The translations under genes were made by a program, and so were the position numbers. The notes under the pieces were generated by a model. The model saw only the letters and a program-made list of their open reading frames with translations. It had not been told where the DNA came from and searched no databases. Source: Actinomycetes bacterium (GTDB lineage Bacteria > Actinomycetota > CALGFH01). From it: a DNA stretch of 64,000 bases. How positions within the stretch are numbered: the stretch's first letter is position 1; each line of letters opens with the position of its first letter. Shown piece after piece: positions 44,628-53,563 of this stretch. The DNA lies in NCBI GenBank assembly GCA_036392615.1, contig DASVXQ010000058.1, positions 2,123-66,122 on the forward strand. Direction: 5' to 3'.

Positions 44628-45648
44628 ACCAGATCAGGGCCAGCCCGGCGCCGGCCACCAGGAACAGCAGCGACGCGGCGGCGAAGACCACCGTGACCTC
44701 CTGCTTCTCCCGCACGAAGCCGATCTTGGAGCCGAGGTCGTGGTAGATGCCCTTGAGGTCCTTGCCGGTGGGGGCGGTGAAGAAGCGGCCCCCGGTGGCC
44801 TCGGCGACCCTGCGTAGGGTGAACTTGTCCGGCGGCACCGGGATGCGGCGCAGCTGGCCGGTGCTCTCGTCCGGCACGTCGACCATGCCGGTGTCGGTGC
44901 CGAGCGAGATGGTGAACACCGGCACGTTGAGCTGCCTGGCGTGGCGGGCCGCGTCCAGCGGCTGGGTCCTGCCCTGGGTGTTGGACCCGTCGGAGAGCAG
45001 CAGGATCACCGTGGGTGGCTGCTTGGAGAGGTCCGGAGTGGTGGTCGGCGTCGGCGCCGGCGTGGCGGTCCCGTTCGCCCCCGCGGTGGTGGTCGGGGCC
45101 GTCGCCGGTGGAGTGGGCTGCCGCGCCTCCAGCGCCCGCTCGATCGCGTCGCCCATCGCGGTCGGCCCCTCGGCGTGCAGCGAGGCCAGCGCGTCCTCCA
45201 CGGTGGCGCGGTCGGTGGTCGGGCGGGCGAGGGTCTGGGCGGTGCCCGAGAACGCCACCACGCCGACGCGGAACTTCGCCGGCAGCTCGCTGACGAACAG
45301 CGCGGCCGCCTGCTCGGCCGCGATCAGCCGGCTCGGCGCCACGTCGGTGGCGTTCATCGAGCCGGAGGTGTCCATCACCAGCATGACGGTGGCCTGCTCC
45401 TTGGGCACCAGGGTGACCGCCTGCGGGCGGGCCAGCGAGAGCAGCAGCCCGGTCAGCGCCAGCAGGTACAGCGCCGGCGGCACGTGGCGGCGCCACCCCG
45501 GCGAGCGGGAGACGACGTTGGCGAGCAGGTCCAGGTTGGTGAAGCGCACCGCGTAGCGGGTGCGGCGCCGCTGGCCGAACAGGTAGGCGAGCAGCGCGGC
45601 CGGGATCAGGGCGAGCGCCCACAGGAATCCCGGCCACTCGAGGCTCAT
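44611..45648 (-). CDS. VWA-domain membrane protein (BatA-like)
   Basis: N-terminal TMs, then MLVMDTSGSM (MIDAS DxSxS)...LLSDG..., and a C-terminal TM. The ATG overlaps the upstream stop (ATGA). Confidence 0.85.
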   Translation of the reverse strand: MSLEWPGFLWALALIPAALLAYLFGQRRRTRYAVRFTNLDLLANVVSRSPGWRRHVPPALYLLALTGLLLSLARPQAVTLVPKEQATVMLVMDTSGSMNATDVAPSRLIAAEQAAALFVSELPAKFRVGVVAFSGTAQTLARPTTDRATVEDALASLHAEGPTAMGDAIERALEARQPTPPATAPTTTAGANGTATPAPTPTTTPDLSKQPPTVILLLSDGSNTQGRTQPLDAARHARQLNVPVFTISLGTDTGMVDVPDESTGQLRRIPVPPDKFTLRRVAEATGGRFFTAPTGKDLKGIYHDLGSKIGFVREKQEVTVVFAAASLLFLVAGAGLALIWFSRFP

Positions 45649-46619
45649 CGCCGGCTCCTGCCGGCGCTGACGATCGAGGTGGTCGCCGGTCCCGCGAGCC
45701 GGTGGCGCAGGTGGCCGGCGAAGGTGCGCAGCCAGTCCCCTTCGGTCCACAGGACCATGTGGTCGGCCCCGCAGCGGCGCAGCTCGGCCTCCAGCTGGTC
45801 GCGCTCGGCCTGGGCGGCCTCGCGGAAGCGCTCGCGCAGCCCGCGACGGCCGGTGTCGACCCGCAGGTGCCGGCCGGTCTCCGGGTCGACCAGCCAGAGC
45901 TCGCCCACGTCGGGGAGGTCCTGCTCCCGGCGGTCGCGGATCTCGACGGCGATGACGTCGTGGCGCCCGGCCAGGGCCAGCAGCGGGGCGGTCCAGTCCC
46001 GCGGCCCGCGGAAGTCGCTGACCACGAACAGCAGCGAGCGGCTGTGGGTCAGCCGGCCGACGCGCGCCAGGCCCTCGCCGAGCGAGGTGGCGCCGCCGCC
46101 CTCCAGCTGCGGCTCGCGCCGCAGCGAGGCGAGCAGCCCCATGAGCCCGACGCGGCCCTGGCGTGGCGGGACGGTCACCGGGTGGTCCTCGCCGAAGGTC
46201 ACGATCCCGAGCCGGTTGCCGCGCCGGGTGGCCAGGTGGCCGACCGCCAGGGCCACGCCCTCGGCCACGTCGGCCTTGCGCCGCTCGGCGGTGCCGAAGC
46301 TCATCGACGGCGAGGTGTCGATCACCAGCCAGCTGACCAGCGCCCGCTCGGCGATCTGGTCGCGGACGTGCGGCTCGTGGGTGCGGGCGGTGACGTTCCA
46401 GTCGATCCGGCGCACGTCGTCGCCTGGCTGGTACGGCCGGATCTGCGCGAGCTCGGTGCCGATGCCGACGGCGTTGGAGCGGTACTCGCCCGCCAGCAGC
46501 GCCTCGACCCGCCGGCGCACGACCACGTCGAGCGCGCGCAGCAGGGCCTCCGGGGTCGGCCCGGGCCCCGGCCGGTCGGGGGTCCGCTCCGGCGCCAGCG
46601 GGATGCCGTGCACGCTCAT
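45645..46619 (-). CDS. DUF58 domain protein
   Basis: GEYRSNAVGIGTELAQIRPYQPGDDVRRIDWNVTART is the DUF58 signature. There is an ATGA overlap with the moxR stop. Confidence 0.85.
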   Translation of the reverse strand: MSVHGIPLAPERTPDRPGPGPTPEALLRALDVVVRRRVEALLAGEYRSNAVGIGTELAQIRPYQPGDDVRRIDWNVTARTHEPHVRDQIAERALVSWLVIDTSPSMSFGTAERRKADVAEGVALAVGHLATRRGNRLGIVTFGEDHPVTVPPRQGRVGLMGLLASLRREPQLEGGGATSLGEGLARVGRLTHSRSLLFVVSDFRGPRDWTAPLLALAGRHDVIAVEIRDRREQDLPDVGELWLVDPETGRHLRVDTGRRGLRERFREAAQAERDQLEAELRRCGADHMVLWTEGDWLRTFAGHLRHRLAGPATTSIVSAGRSRR

Positions 46620-47638
46620 CCGATGGACTCTCGCGCCAGGTCGATCCGCGGCGGCGGGATCGAGGCCAGCACCGCGGTCAGCAGCGAGTCGGCGGTGACC
46701 TCCTCGGCCAGCGCCTGGTAGGTGAGCACCAGCCGGTGCCGCAGCACGTCCTTGGCCACCTCCTGCACGTCCTGCGGCAGCGCGTAGGCGCGGCCGCGCA
46801 GCAGCGCCAGCGCCCTGGCCGCGTGGACCAGGTTGATCGAGCCGCGCGGGCTGGCGCCGAAGCTGATGTAGGGGGCGACCTCGCCGATCCCGTACTGCTC
46901 CGGCAGGCGGGTGGCCATGCACAGCGCGACCGAGTACTCCGCCACCATCCGGTCGACGTAGATGTCCTTGGTGGCGCGCTGGTACTCGTGGAGCTGGTCC
47001 AGCGAGAGGACCTGCTGGACGTCGGCGGCCTCCTCCAGCGAGCGGTGGACCACGCTCATCTCCTCGCTGAAGTTCGGATAGTCGACCAGCACCTTCATCA
47101 TGAACCGGTCGACCTGGGCCTCCGGCAGCGGGTAGGTGCCCTCCGACTCGATCGGGTTCTGGGTGGCCAGCACCAGGAACGGGTCCGGCGCCGGGTAGGT
47201 CGACTTGCCGATGGTGACCTGCCGCTCCTGCATGACCTCGAGCAGCGCCGACTGGACCTTGGCCGGCGCGCGGTTGATCTCGTCGGCCAGCAGGAAGTTG
47301 CAGAAGACCGGCCCGAGCTCGGTGTCGAAGCTGCCGCTGTCCGGCCGGTAGATCCGCGTGCCGACCAGGTCCGACGGCACCAGGTCGGGGGTGAACTGCA
47401 CCCGGTGGAAGGTGCCGCCGAGCACCCTGGCGACGGTCGAGATGGTGAGCGTCTTGGCCAGGCCGGGCACGCCCTCGAGCAGCAGGTGCCCGCCGGCGAG
47501 CAGCGCGACCAGGACGCGTTCGAGCATCCCCTCCTGGCCGACGATCACCCGCTTGATCTCGAACAGCGCCGCCTCGAGCTGCGTGTGCGCGGCCGCGGCC
47601 TCGCCGACCGCTGCCAGCCGTGGCCTCTGGTCAGTCAC
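46616..47638 (-). CDS. MoxR-family AAA+ ATPase
   Basis: GHLLLEGVPGLAKT (Walker A), LLADEINRA (Walker B) and ...ATQNPIE.EGTYPLPEAQLDRF. GTG start 9 nt after AAGGAG. Confidence 0.92.
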   Translation of the reverse strand: MTDQRPRLAAVGEAAAAHTQLEAALFEIKRVIVGQEGMLERVLVALLAGGHLLLEGVPGLAKTLTISTVARVLGGTFHRVQFTPDLVPSDLVGTRIYRPDSGSFDTELGPVFCNFLLADEINRAPAKVQSALLEVMQERQVTIGKSTYPAPDPFLVLATQNPIESEGTYPLPEAQVDRFMMKVLVDYPNFSEEMSVVHRSLEEAADVQQVLSLDQLHEYQRATKDIYVDRMVAEYSVALCMATRLPEQYGIGEVAPYISFGASPRGSINLVHAARALALLRGRAYALPQDVQEVAKDVLRHRLVLTYQALAEEVTADSLLTAVLASIPPPRIDLARESIG

Positions 47639-47894
47639 GGAAATGGCTCCTTCTCCGGGCGGGCCGGTGCCCTGACGGGGCAGGTGGGCTTGCTCTGACC
47701 CAGGACACCCTTATCTATCGGGGTCTCCGACGGGTGACTCGAGCAACCCGAAACCCGGACAGGTGTACTGCGGGAGGAGGGACGGAGCGGACCCAGGGAC
47801 AGCCGACGTGGACAAGTCACACCATAGCGCCAGCGACGCGATCCGGCACGACCCCGAATGGGCCGCCTGAGTGGATTCGAATAGATTGCGGGCC

Positions 47895-48012
47895 AGAGTG
47901 CCGGTCATAGATTGGCGTCGCAGGCAGCGTCTGGCTGCCCGTTCAGCGCCAAGGCTTGCGCGCCGCCCCGGCGGCCACCCGTCGCCTCGAACGGATACTT
48001 GGCCGCTGCTCT
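47895..48012 (+). repeat. Copy C of the palindromic repeat element
   Basis: AGAGTGCCGGTCATAGAT...CAGCGCCAAGGCTTGCGCGCCGCC...GGATACTTGGCCGCTGCTCT. Confidence 0.85.
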
Positions 48013-48253
48013 GGTTTCCCGGCGCTGTGACCGGCGGCGAGGCGCCCGGAGGCTCCAAGGGCGCCGCCGCCGGCCCAGGGACTCCCCCGGAGGCCCCAAG
48101 GCCGGAGCTTTCGCCCCGGCCTTGTCCCACCATTTGGGCCTCCGGCGTGTCGCCGGCAGCGGGTGCGCGCACGCGGGCCGGTCGGCCGAGGGGCTGAGCC
48201 TCACCCCGGAACCAGGACAATCCCGCTGTGAACGCATCCGCCGCGCTGGTCTC

Positions 48254-48310
48254 GTTCTACGCGGTGACCCTGAGAAAGGCCTGAGAAAAATATAGGGGAG
48301 TCCTAAGAAA
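48254..48310 (-). promoter_or_regulatory. Three helically phased direct repeats TTTCT(C/T)AGG (spacing 22 and 11 bp) followed 9 nt later by the -10-like TAGAAC
   Basis: The minus strand reads TTTCTTAGG-N13-TTTCTCAGG-CC-TTTCTCAGG-GTCACCGCG-TAGAAC. On the plus strand the repeats lie at 48302-48310, 48280-48288 and 48269-48277. Confidence 0.45.
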
Positions 48311-48358
48311 ACTGGTCACTCAGCCCGGAAGGGACAGGGCCGACAGCTCCGGGAGGGC

Positions 48359-49933
48359 TCACGAACGACCCGCCGGAATCAGCCGACCAATCTGCTCGAC
48401 CTGCCGCTGGAGCCGGCGGGCGAGCCCCTGGCGGACCGTGGCCGGCAGTTCCAGGGTGACCACCGAGCCGCGCCCCAGGCGCGACCGCACCGACACCGAG
48501 CCCCCGTGCAGCTCCGCGACCCAGTTGACGATCGCCAGGCCGAGGCCGGAACCGGCCATGCCGCGCACCGCCGGGGCGCGCCAGAAGCGGTCGAACAGCC
48601 GGTCGAGGTGCTCGGAGTCGATGCCGATGCCGGTGTCGGCCACGGTGACCGCCGCCCGCCCGTCGTGCACCGACAGGCCGAGCTCCACCGAGCCGGCCGG
48701 GGTGTACTTGAGGGCGTTGTCGGCCAGGTTCCAGAGCGCGCGACGCAGGTCGTCGCGGTCGCCGAGCACCCAGACCTCGGGCAGCGGCCCGAGCCGCACC
48801 TCCACGCCGTCGGAGGCGTGGCGCAGCGCGTCCCGGTGGATGTCGGCCACCAGGTGGTCGAGCCGGAAGACGCCCTTGGGCGCGGACCTGCCGGAGGCCT
48901 CCAGTCGCGCCAGCGCGAGCAGGTCGCCGACCAGCGACTCCATCCGGCGCATCTCGGTCAGCACGTCGTCGAGCGCGGCGCCGCGGTCCTCCGGCCGGGC
49001 GTCCGGCACCCGGTTGAGGAACTCCACGTTGGTGCGGATCGCGGTCAGCGGTGTGCGCAGCTCGTGCGAGGCGTCGGCGACGAAGCGGCGCTGCGAGTCG
49101 AGGGTGGTCTGCAGGTCGACGTGCGACCGCTCCAGCTCGCTGAGCATCTGGTTGAAGGTGAGCGACAGGCGCGCCAGCTCGTCCCTCGGGTTGTGCAGGT
49201 TGCCCTCCAGCGGCATTCGCCGGGTGAAGTCCCGCTCCTCGCCGATCTCCTGGGCGGTGGTGCGCATGCGGGCCAGCGGGCGCAGCAGCGCGGCCGCCAG
49301 ACCCGAGCCGATCACCACCGCCACCATCAGCACCGCCAGGCCGCCGCCGATCAGGATGCTGCGCAGCAGCCGCAGCGACGACTCCACGCTGTCGAGCGAG
49401 CGGGCGACGGTGACCTCGCCGAAGACGGCGTTGGGCTTGTCCTTGCGCACGTCGGGGTTGGGCAGGTTGCCGCGCTGCCCCTTCTCGCTGGGCGGGATGG
49501 TCTCGTAGGCCTCGAACGGCTCCGAGTAGACCGCCAGCGGGATGTGCAGGTCGTTGGCCGCCGCGGGGACCATGGTGACGTGGTTGTAGGTCACCCGCGG
49601 CAGCTGCACGTCGGAGTTCTCGTCGGTGTTCGGGCTCTTGGCCTCGATCTCCCAGCTGTGGCGGTCCTTGACCTCGCCGCTGAGGATCTGCATCCAGGTG
49701 CCGGGCCGCTGGTCCGGGGTCTTCCTGCCGAGCTGGCCGTTCTGGTGGAGGTCGTGGGCGAACTCGTAGGAGTAGAGCAGCCGGCCGAGCGCCTGGCCCT
49801 GGCTCTGCACCGAGTTGGCGAACTCCTCGTGCAGCCGCCGGTCGACGTAGGTGTAGACGCCGAAGCCGAAGGCGGTCAGCGCCAGCATCAGCAGCACCAG
49901 ATAGGCCAGGGTGAGCCGCGCCCGGAAGCTCAC
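48359..49933 (-). CDS. Sensor histidine kinase (HAMP-HisKA-HATPase_c) with an extracytoplasmic domain of about 170 aa
   Basis: The GTG start overlaps the regulator stop (GTGA). Two TMs, HAMP, H-box [14 protein letters not shown] box LADNALKYT and G box GSGLGLAIV are present. Confidence 0.88.
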   Translation of the reverse strand: MSFRARLTLAYLVLLMLALTAFGFGVYTYVDRRLHEEFANSVQSQGQALGRLLYSYEFAHDLHQNGQLGRKTPDQRPGTWMQILSGEVKDRHSWEIEAKSPNTDENSDVQLPRVTYNHVTMVPAAANDLHIPLAVYSEPFEAYETIPPSEKGQRGNLPNPDVRKDKPNAVFGEVTVARSLDSVESSLRLLRSILIGGGLAVLMVAVVIGSGLAAALLRPLARMRTTAQEIGEERDFTRRMPLEGNLHNPRDELARLSLTFNQMLSELERSHVDLQTTLDSQRRFVADASHELRTPLTAIRTNVEFLNRVPDARPEDRGAALDDVLTEMRRMESLVGDLLALARLEASGRSAPKGVFRLDHLVADIHRDALRHASDGVEVRLGPLPEVWVLGDRDDLRRALWNLADNALKYTPAGSVELGLSVHDGRAAVTVADTGIGIDSEHLDRLFDRFWRAPAVRGMAGSGLGLAIVNWVAELHGGSVSVRSRLGRGSVVTLELPATVRQGLARRLQRQVEQIGRLIPAGRS

Positions 49934-50628
49934 CGGGCGCCGTCCGGGTCGTCGCGGAGCACGTAGCCGACCCCGCGGACGGTGTGGATCACCCGCGGCT
50001 CGCCCTCGGTCTCGAGCTTGCGGCGCAGGTAGCCCACGTAGACCTCGAGCACGTTGGAGTCGCGGCCGAAGTCGTAGTCCCAGACCCGCTCGAGGATGGT
50101 CGAGCGGGTGAGCACCTGGCGGGGGTGCTCGAGGAACAGCGACAGCAGGTCGAACTCCTGGCGGGTCAACGAGATCGACCGGTCGCCGCGCCACACCTCG
50201 TGGGTCGAGCGGTCCATGCGCAGGTCGCCGAAGCGCAGTTCGGCGGCGCTGGAGCCGTTGCGGCCCCTGCGCAGCAGCGCCTTGATCCTGACCAGCAGCT
50301 CCTCGAAGGCGAACGGCTTGCCGAGGTAGTCGTCGGCGCCGGCCTCGAAGCCGGCGACCCGCTCGGGGACCTCGCTGCGGGCGGTCAGCATCAGCACCGG
50401 CACGTCGCCGGCCTGCCGCAGGCGGCGGCAGACCTCCAGCCCGTCGATGCCGGGAAGCAGCACGTCCAGGATCACCAGGTCGGGAACGTGGTCGAGCGCC
50501 CTGGAGAGGGCCTCTTCCCCGGACGCGGCGACGTCGACTTCGAAGCCCTCGTAGGCCAGCGGCCGGCGCAGTGCCGAAGCCAGCAGGGGATCGTCGTCAA
50601 CCACCAGGATATGGGCACCCATCCGCAC
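49930..50628 (-). CDS. OmpR/PhoB-family response regulator
   Basis: REC domain (ILVVDDD...DLVILDVLLPGIDG...) plus winged-helix (LTRQEFDLLSLFLEHPRQVLTR...VRGVGYVL). Alternative ATG at 50622. Confidence 0.92.
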   Translation of the reverse strand: MRMGAHILVVDDDPLLASALRRPLAYEGFEVDVAASGEEALSRALDHVPDLVILDVLLPGIDGLEVCRRLRQAGDVPVLMLTARSEVPERVAGFEAGADDYLGKPFAFEELLVRIKALLRRGRNGSSAAELRFGDLRMDRSTHEVWRGDRSISLTRQEFDLLSLFLEHPRQVLTRSTILERVWDYDFGRDSNVLEVYVGYLRRKLETEGEPRVIHTVRGVGYVLRDDPDGAR

Positions 50629-50775
50629 GCCGCCTTCGCCACCAACCTTCAGGGTCCTGGACCCCTGGGCGTCATTCTGCCTGCTCGGCCGCCTCTTTGC
50701 CTACCCGTGCCCGGAAGCCTTCTGGCGTACCGGCCACGACCGTCACCAATCGGCGGCGTCGCCTCGAGCGGGCCG

Positions 50776-53367
50776 TCACAGCTCGGCGGGGTCCTCGCGG
50801 CGCACGTCCCCGGCCACCTTGTCGGTGCGGATCCCCTGGAACGAGGGGAAGCGCAGGCGCCCGTCGTCGGTCCAGCCGCGGTACTCCACCTCGCAGACCA
50901 GCTCGGGGCGGAGCCAGCGCGCGCCCCGCAGGCGCGGGTCGCCCTTGGGGACCTCGACCGGCGGCCGCTCCCGCTCGTGCCGCTCCAGCTCGGGGAGCAG
51001 CTGCTCCAGGAAGCTGTGGGTGAAGCCGGTGCCGACGTTGCCCACGTAGCGCAGCCGGTGGCCCTCGTACACCGCCAGCAGCAGCGCCCCGAGGGTGGCC
51101 GAGCGCTTGCCCTTGCCCCTGGTCCAGCCGACGATCACGCAGTCCTGCCGCAGCACGGCCTTGATCTTGCGCCAGTCGGGCGAGCGGGCCCCCGGCCGGT
51201 AGACGCTGCTCAGCCGCTTGGCCACCACGCCCTCGAGCCCGAGGTCCCGGATCCGCTCGAAGAACGCCACCCCGCGGCCGGCCACCGCCTGCGAGACGCG
51301 CACGTCGTCACGCGGCACCAGCACCTCGGTCAGGCGGGCCCGCCGGTCGGCCAGCGGCACCTCCAGCAGCGACTCGCCGTCGAGCCAGAGCAGGTCGAAC
51401 GCCAGGAACTGGATCGGCACCCGGCCGCGGTGGCGGGCCAGCTCCTCCGGCGAGCGGTGGAAGCGGTCCTGCATCCGCTGGAAGGAGGGCCGTCCCTGCT
51501 CGTCGAAGGCGACGACCTCGCCGTCGACCACCGCGTTGCGCGCGGCGAGCTGGCGGTGCAGGTCGTCCATCTCGGGGAACTGGCCGGTCACGTCGCGCGA
51601 GGTCCGCGAGGTGAGACGGGTGCTCGCGCCGAGCGCGGCGAGGCAGCGGTGGCCGTCCCACTTGACCTCGAACAGCCAGCCGTCGTCGTCGAACGGCTCC
51701 CGCACCAGCTGGGCCATCATCGGCTCGAAGACCGGCGGCGGCGCCGGCGGCGGGATCGGCGTGCGGGAGCTGAGCATGCAGATCCAGTCCTGCCTGGTGC
51801 GCACGAAGTGGTACTCGGCGCCGTGGTAGCGGCTGCCGTGCAGGCGCACGGTCCACTTGCCGTCGAGCACCTCCAGCGGCTCGTAGGTGCCGAGGTCGAA
51901 CAGGCGCACCTCGCCGCCGCCGTACTCGCCCTGGGGGATCGAGCCCGAGAAGGTGAGGTAGTCCATCGGGTGGTCCTCGGTGTTGACCGCCAGGTGGCGG
52001 ACTCCGGGCACCTCGGGCAGGCGCTTGGGCACCGCGAACGACACCAGCACGCCGTCGCGCTCGAAGCGGACGTCGTGGTGGTAGGCGCGGGCGTGGTGCT
52101 GCTGGATGGTGAACACCGGGCCCGGCTCCAGCCGTGCCGGCTCGGCCAGCCCGGCGGCGTGCGGCGCGTCGGGGAGCGTCCCGGTGAATCCCACGCGGCG
52201 GTCCCCGTCGCCGCTGGGCTCGGGCGGCGGCTCCGGGGTCCGCTGGAAGTCGCGTTTCGCCCGGTACTCGGCCAGGTCGGGCGTTGGCGCCGCGGCGCCG
52301 GCGGCCGGCTGGCGGGTCTGGCCCCGGCGGGTGCCGGAAGGCGCCGGGGTGGAGCCCCAGCGGCGGCTCCGCCTGCCGCCGTCGGCCGCCCGCCCGTCAC
52401 CGGAGGGCTGGATGCCGAGCGTCTCCATGGCCGCGGTCAGCGTCTGGCGGTCGCGCAGCACGGGCGCGAAGCGGTCGCCCCGCTCGAGCCGGGACCAGAC
52501 GTTGTCGATGCGGAAGTCGCCGGGCTCGAGGTCCTCGTCCAGTTCCTCCCAGTCCAGCGGGGTGGACACCGGCGCGCCGGGGCGCGGCCGCAGCGAGTAG
52601 ACCGAGGCGATGTTGGCGCCGCGCCGGTTCATCTGGTGGTCGACGAAGACCTTGCCGGAGCGCTCGGCCACCGGCCAGGCCATGGTCACCTTCTGCCGGT
52701 AGGCGCGGACCAGCATGCGGCCGACCTGCTCGACGAAGGCGCGCACGTCCGCGTAGGAGTGGATCGGCTCCAGCGGCACGTGGACCTGCATGCCGGTGGC
52801 GCCGGAGGTCTTCGCGTAGCCGCGCAGGCCCAGCCCGTCCAGCACCACCTTGACCAGCTTGGCGACCATGCGGACGTCGGCGAAGGTGTACGGCTCGAAG
52901 GGGTCGAGGTCGAACAGGGCGAACTCCGGCCGGTCCAGCGAGCCGACGCGGCTGTGCAGCGGATGCAGCTCGATGCAGCCGAGGTTGATGACGTAGAGCA
53001 GGCTGGCCAGGTCCTGGGCCATGACCATGTGGTTGACCCTGCCGTCGTCGCCGGGCACCGGGGCGGTCGGCAGCCAGTCCGGCGCGTGGCCCGGCGCCCG
53101 CTTCTCGTAGAACGCCTCGCCGTGGATGCCGCCGGGCATCCGCAGCATGGTCAGCGGCCGGTCGCGCAGGTGGGGGAGCAGCTGCGGCGCGACGTTCCAG
53201 TAGTAGCCGAGCAGGTCCCGCTTGGTCAGCCGGTCCTCCGGCCAGTAGAGCTTGTCCAGGTTCGACACGCGCAGCTCGCGGTCGCCGGCCACCAGCCGCC
53301 AGGCGTCGCCCGACTTCCTCGCCGGGAGCGGCGAGGGGAACCGCGGTCGGCGTGCACGCCTGGGCAC
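50776..53367 (-). CDS. ligD: Multidomain ATP-dependent DNA ligase D (Pol/primase - phosphoesterase - ligase order)
   Basis: Pol domain (LRVSNLDKLYWPEDRLTKRDLLGYY...), PE domain (FTIQQHHARAYHHDVRFE...GEYGGGEV) and ligase domain (WLFEVKWDGHR with the adenylation Lys). GTG 53367 lies 9 nt after GGAAGGAG. The track start is 53619. Confidence 0.9.
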   Translation of the reverse strand: MPRRARRPRFPSPLPARKSGDAWRLVAGDRELRVSNLDKLYWPEDRLTKRDLLGYYWNVAPQLLPHLRDRPLTMLRMPGGIHGEAFYEKRAPGHAPDWLPTAPVPGDDGRVNHMVMAQDLASLLYVINLGCIELHPLHSRVGSLDRPEFALFDLDPFEPYTFADVRMVAKLVKVVLDGLGLRGYAKTSGATGMQVHVPLEPIHSYADVRAFVEQVGRMLVRAYRQKVTMAWPVAERSGKVFVDHQMNRRGANIASVYSLRPRPGAPVSTPLDWEELDEDLEPGDFRIDNVWSRLERGDRFAPVLRDRQTLTAAMETLGIQPSGDGRAADGGRRSRRWGSTPAPSGTRRGQTRQPAAGAAAPTPDLAEYRAKRDFQRTPEPPPEPSGDGDRRVGFTGTLPDAPHAAGLAEPARLEPGPVFTIQQHHARAYHHDVRFERDGVLVSFAVPKRLPEVPGVRHLAVNTEDHPMDYLTFSGSIPQGEYGGGEVRLFDLGTYEPLEVLDGKWTVRLHGSRYHGAEYHFVRTRQDWICMLSSRTPIPPPAPPPVFEPMMAQLVREPFDDDGWLFEVKWDGHRCLAALGASTRLTSRTSRDVTGQFPEMDDLHRQLAARNAVVDGEVVAFDEQGRPSFQRMQDRFHRSPEELARHRGRVPIQFLAFDLLWLDGESLLEVPLADRRARLTEVLVPRDDVRVSQAVAGRGVAFFERIRDLGLEGVVAKRLSSVYRPGARSPDWRKIKAVLRQDCVIVGWTRGKGKRSATLGALLLAVYEGHRLRYVGNVGTGFTHSFLEQLLPELERHERERPPVEVPKGDPRLRGARWLRPELVCEVEYRGWTDDGRLRFPSFQGIRTDKVAGDVRREDPAEL

Positions 53368-53563
53368 GGCTGTACGCTCCTTCCCGGGCTGTGCGCTGGT
53401 CGAGACGCTTGGGGAGGCGGCCTGGACCCGCGGGGCGCCGGTCGCCGCCTCGGCACCGGTCAAATGTCGACCAAGCCACAAGCCGATACATGACCAGGCT
53501 TTAGCGTACATTGTGCTGGTAGGCCCGTATGACGGTGGGCCGTCGCCTGGCCCAGGAGCAGCC

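Noticed and set aside
47860-47890. GGATTCGAAT resembling a tRNA T-loop
   Set aside because: The flanking sequence gives no T-stem, acceptor or anticodon arm on either strand.
47711-48237. 169 aa and 110 aa minus-strand ORFs in the moxR upstream region
   Set aside because: They are Arg/Gly/Pro-rich, read straight through repeat copy C, and the same reading frames appear in the other repeat copies. They are by-products of the repeat rather than genes.
49984-53493. 1169 aa plus-strand ORF antisense to the response regulator and ligD
   Set aside because: It is low complexity (G/A/R/V/L/P/D repeats) and exactly antisense to strongly supported genes. The 824 aa ORF at 35209-37683 (antisense to lon) and the ORF at 59122-60897 (antisense to htrA) are rejected for the same reason.
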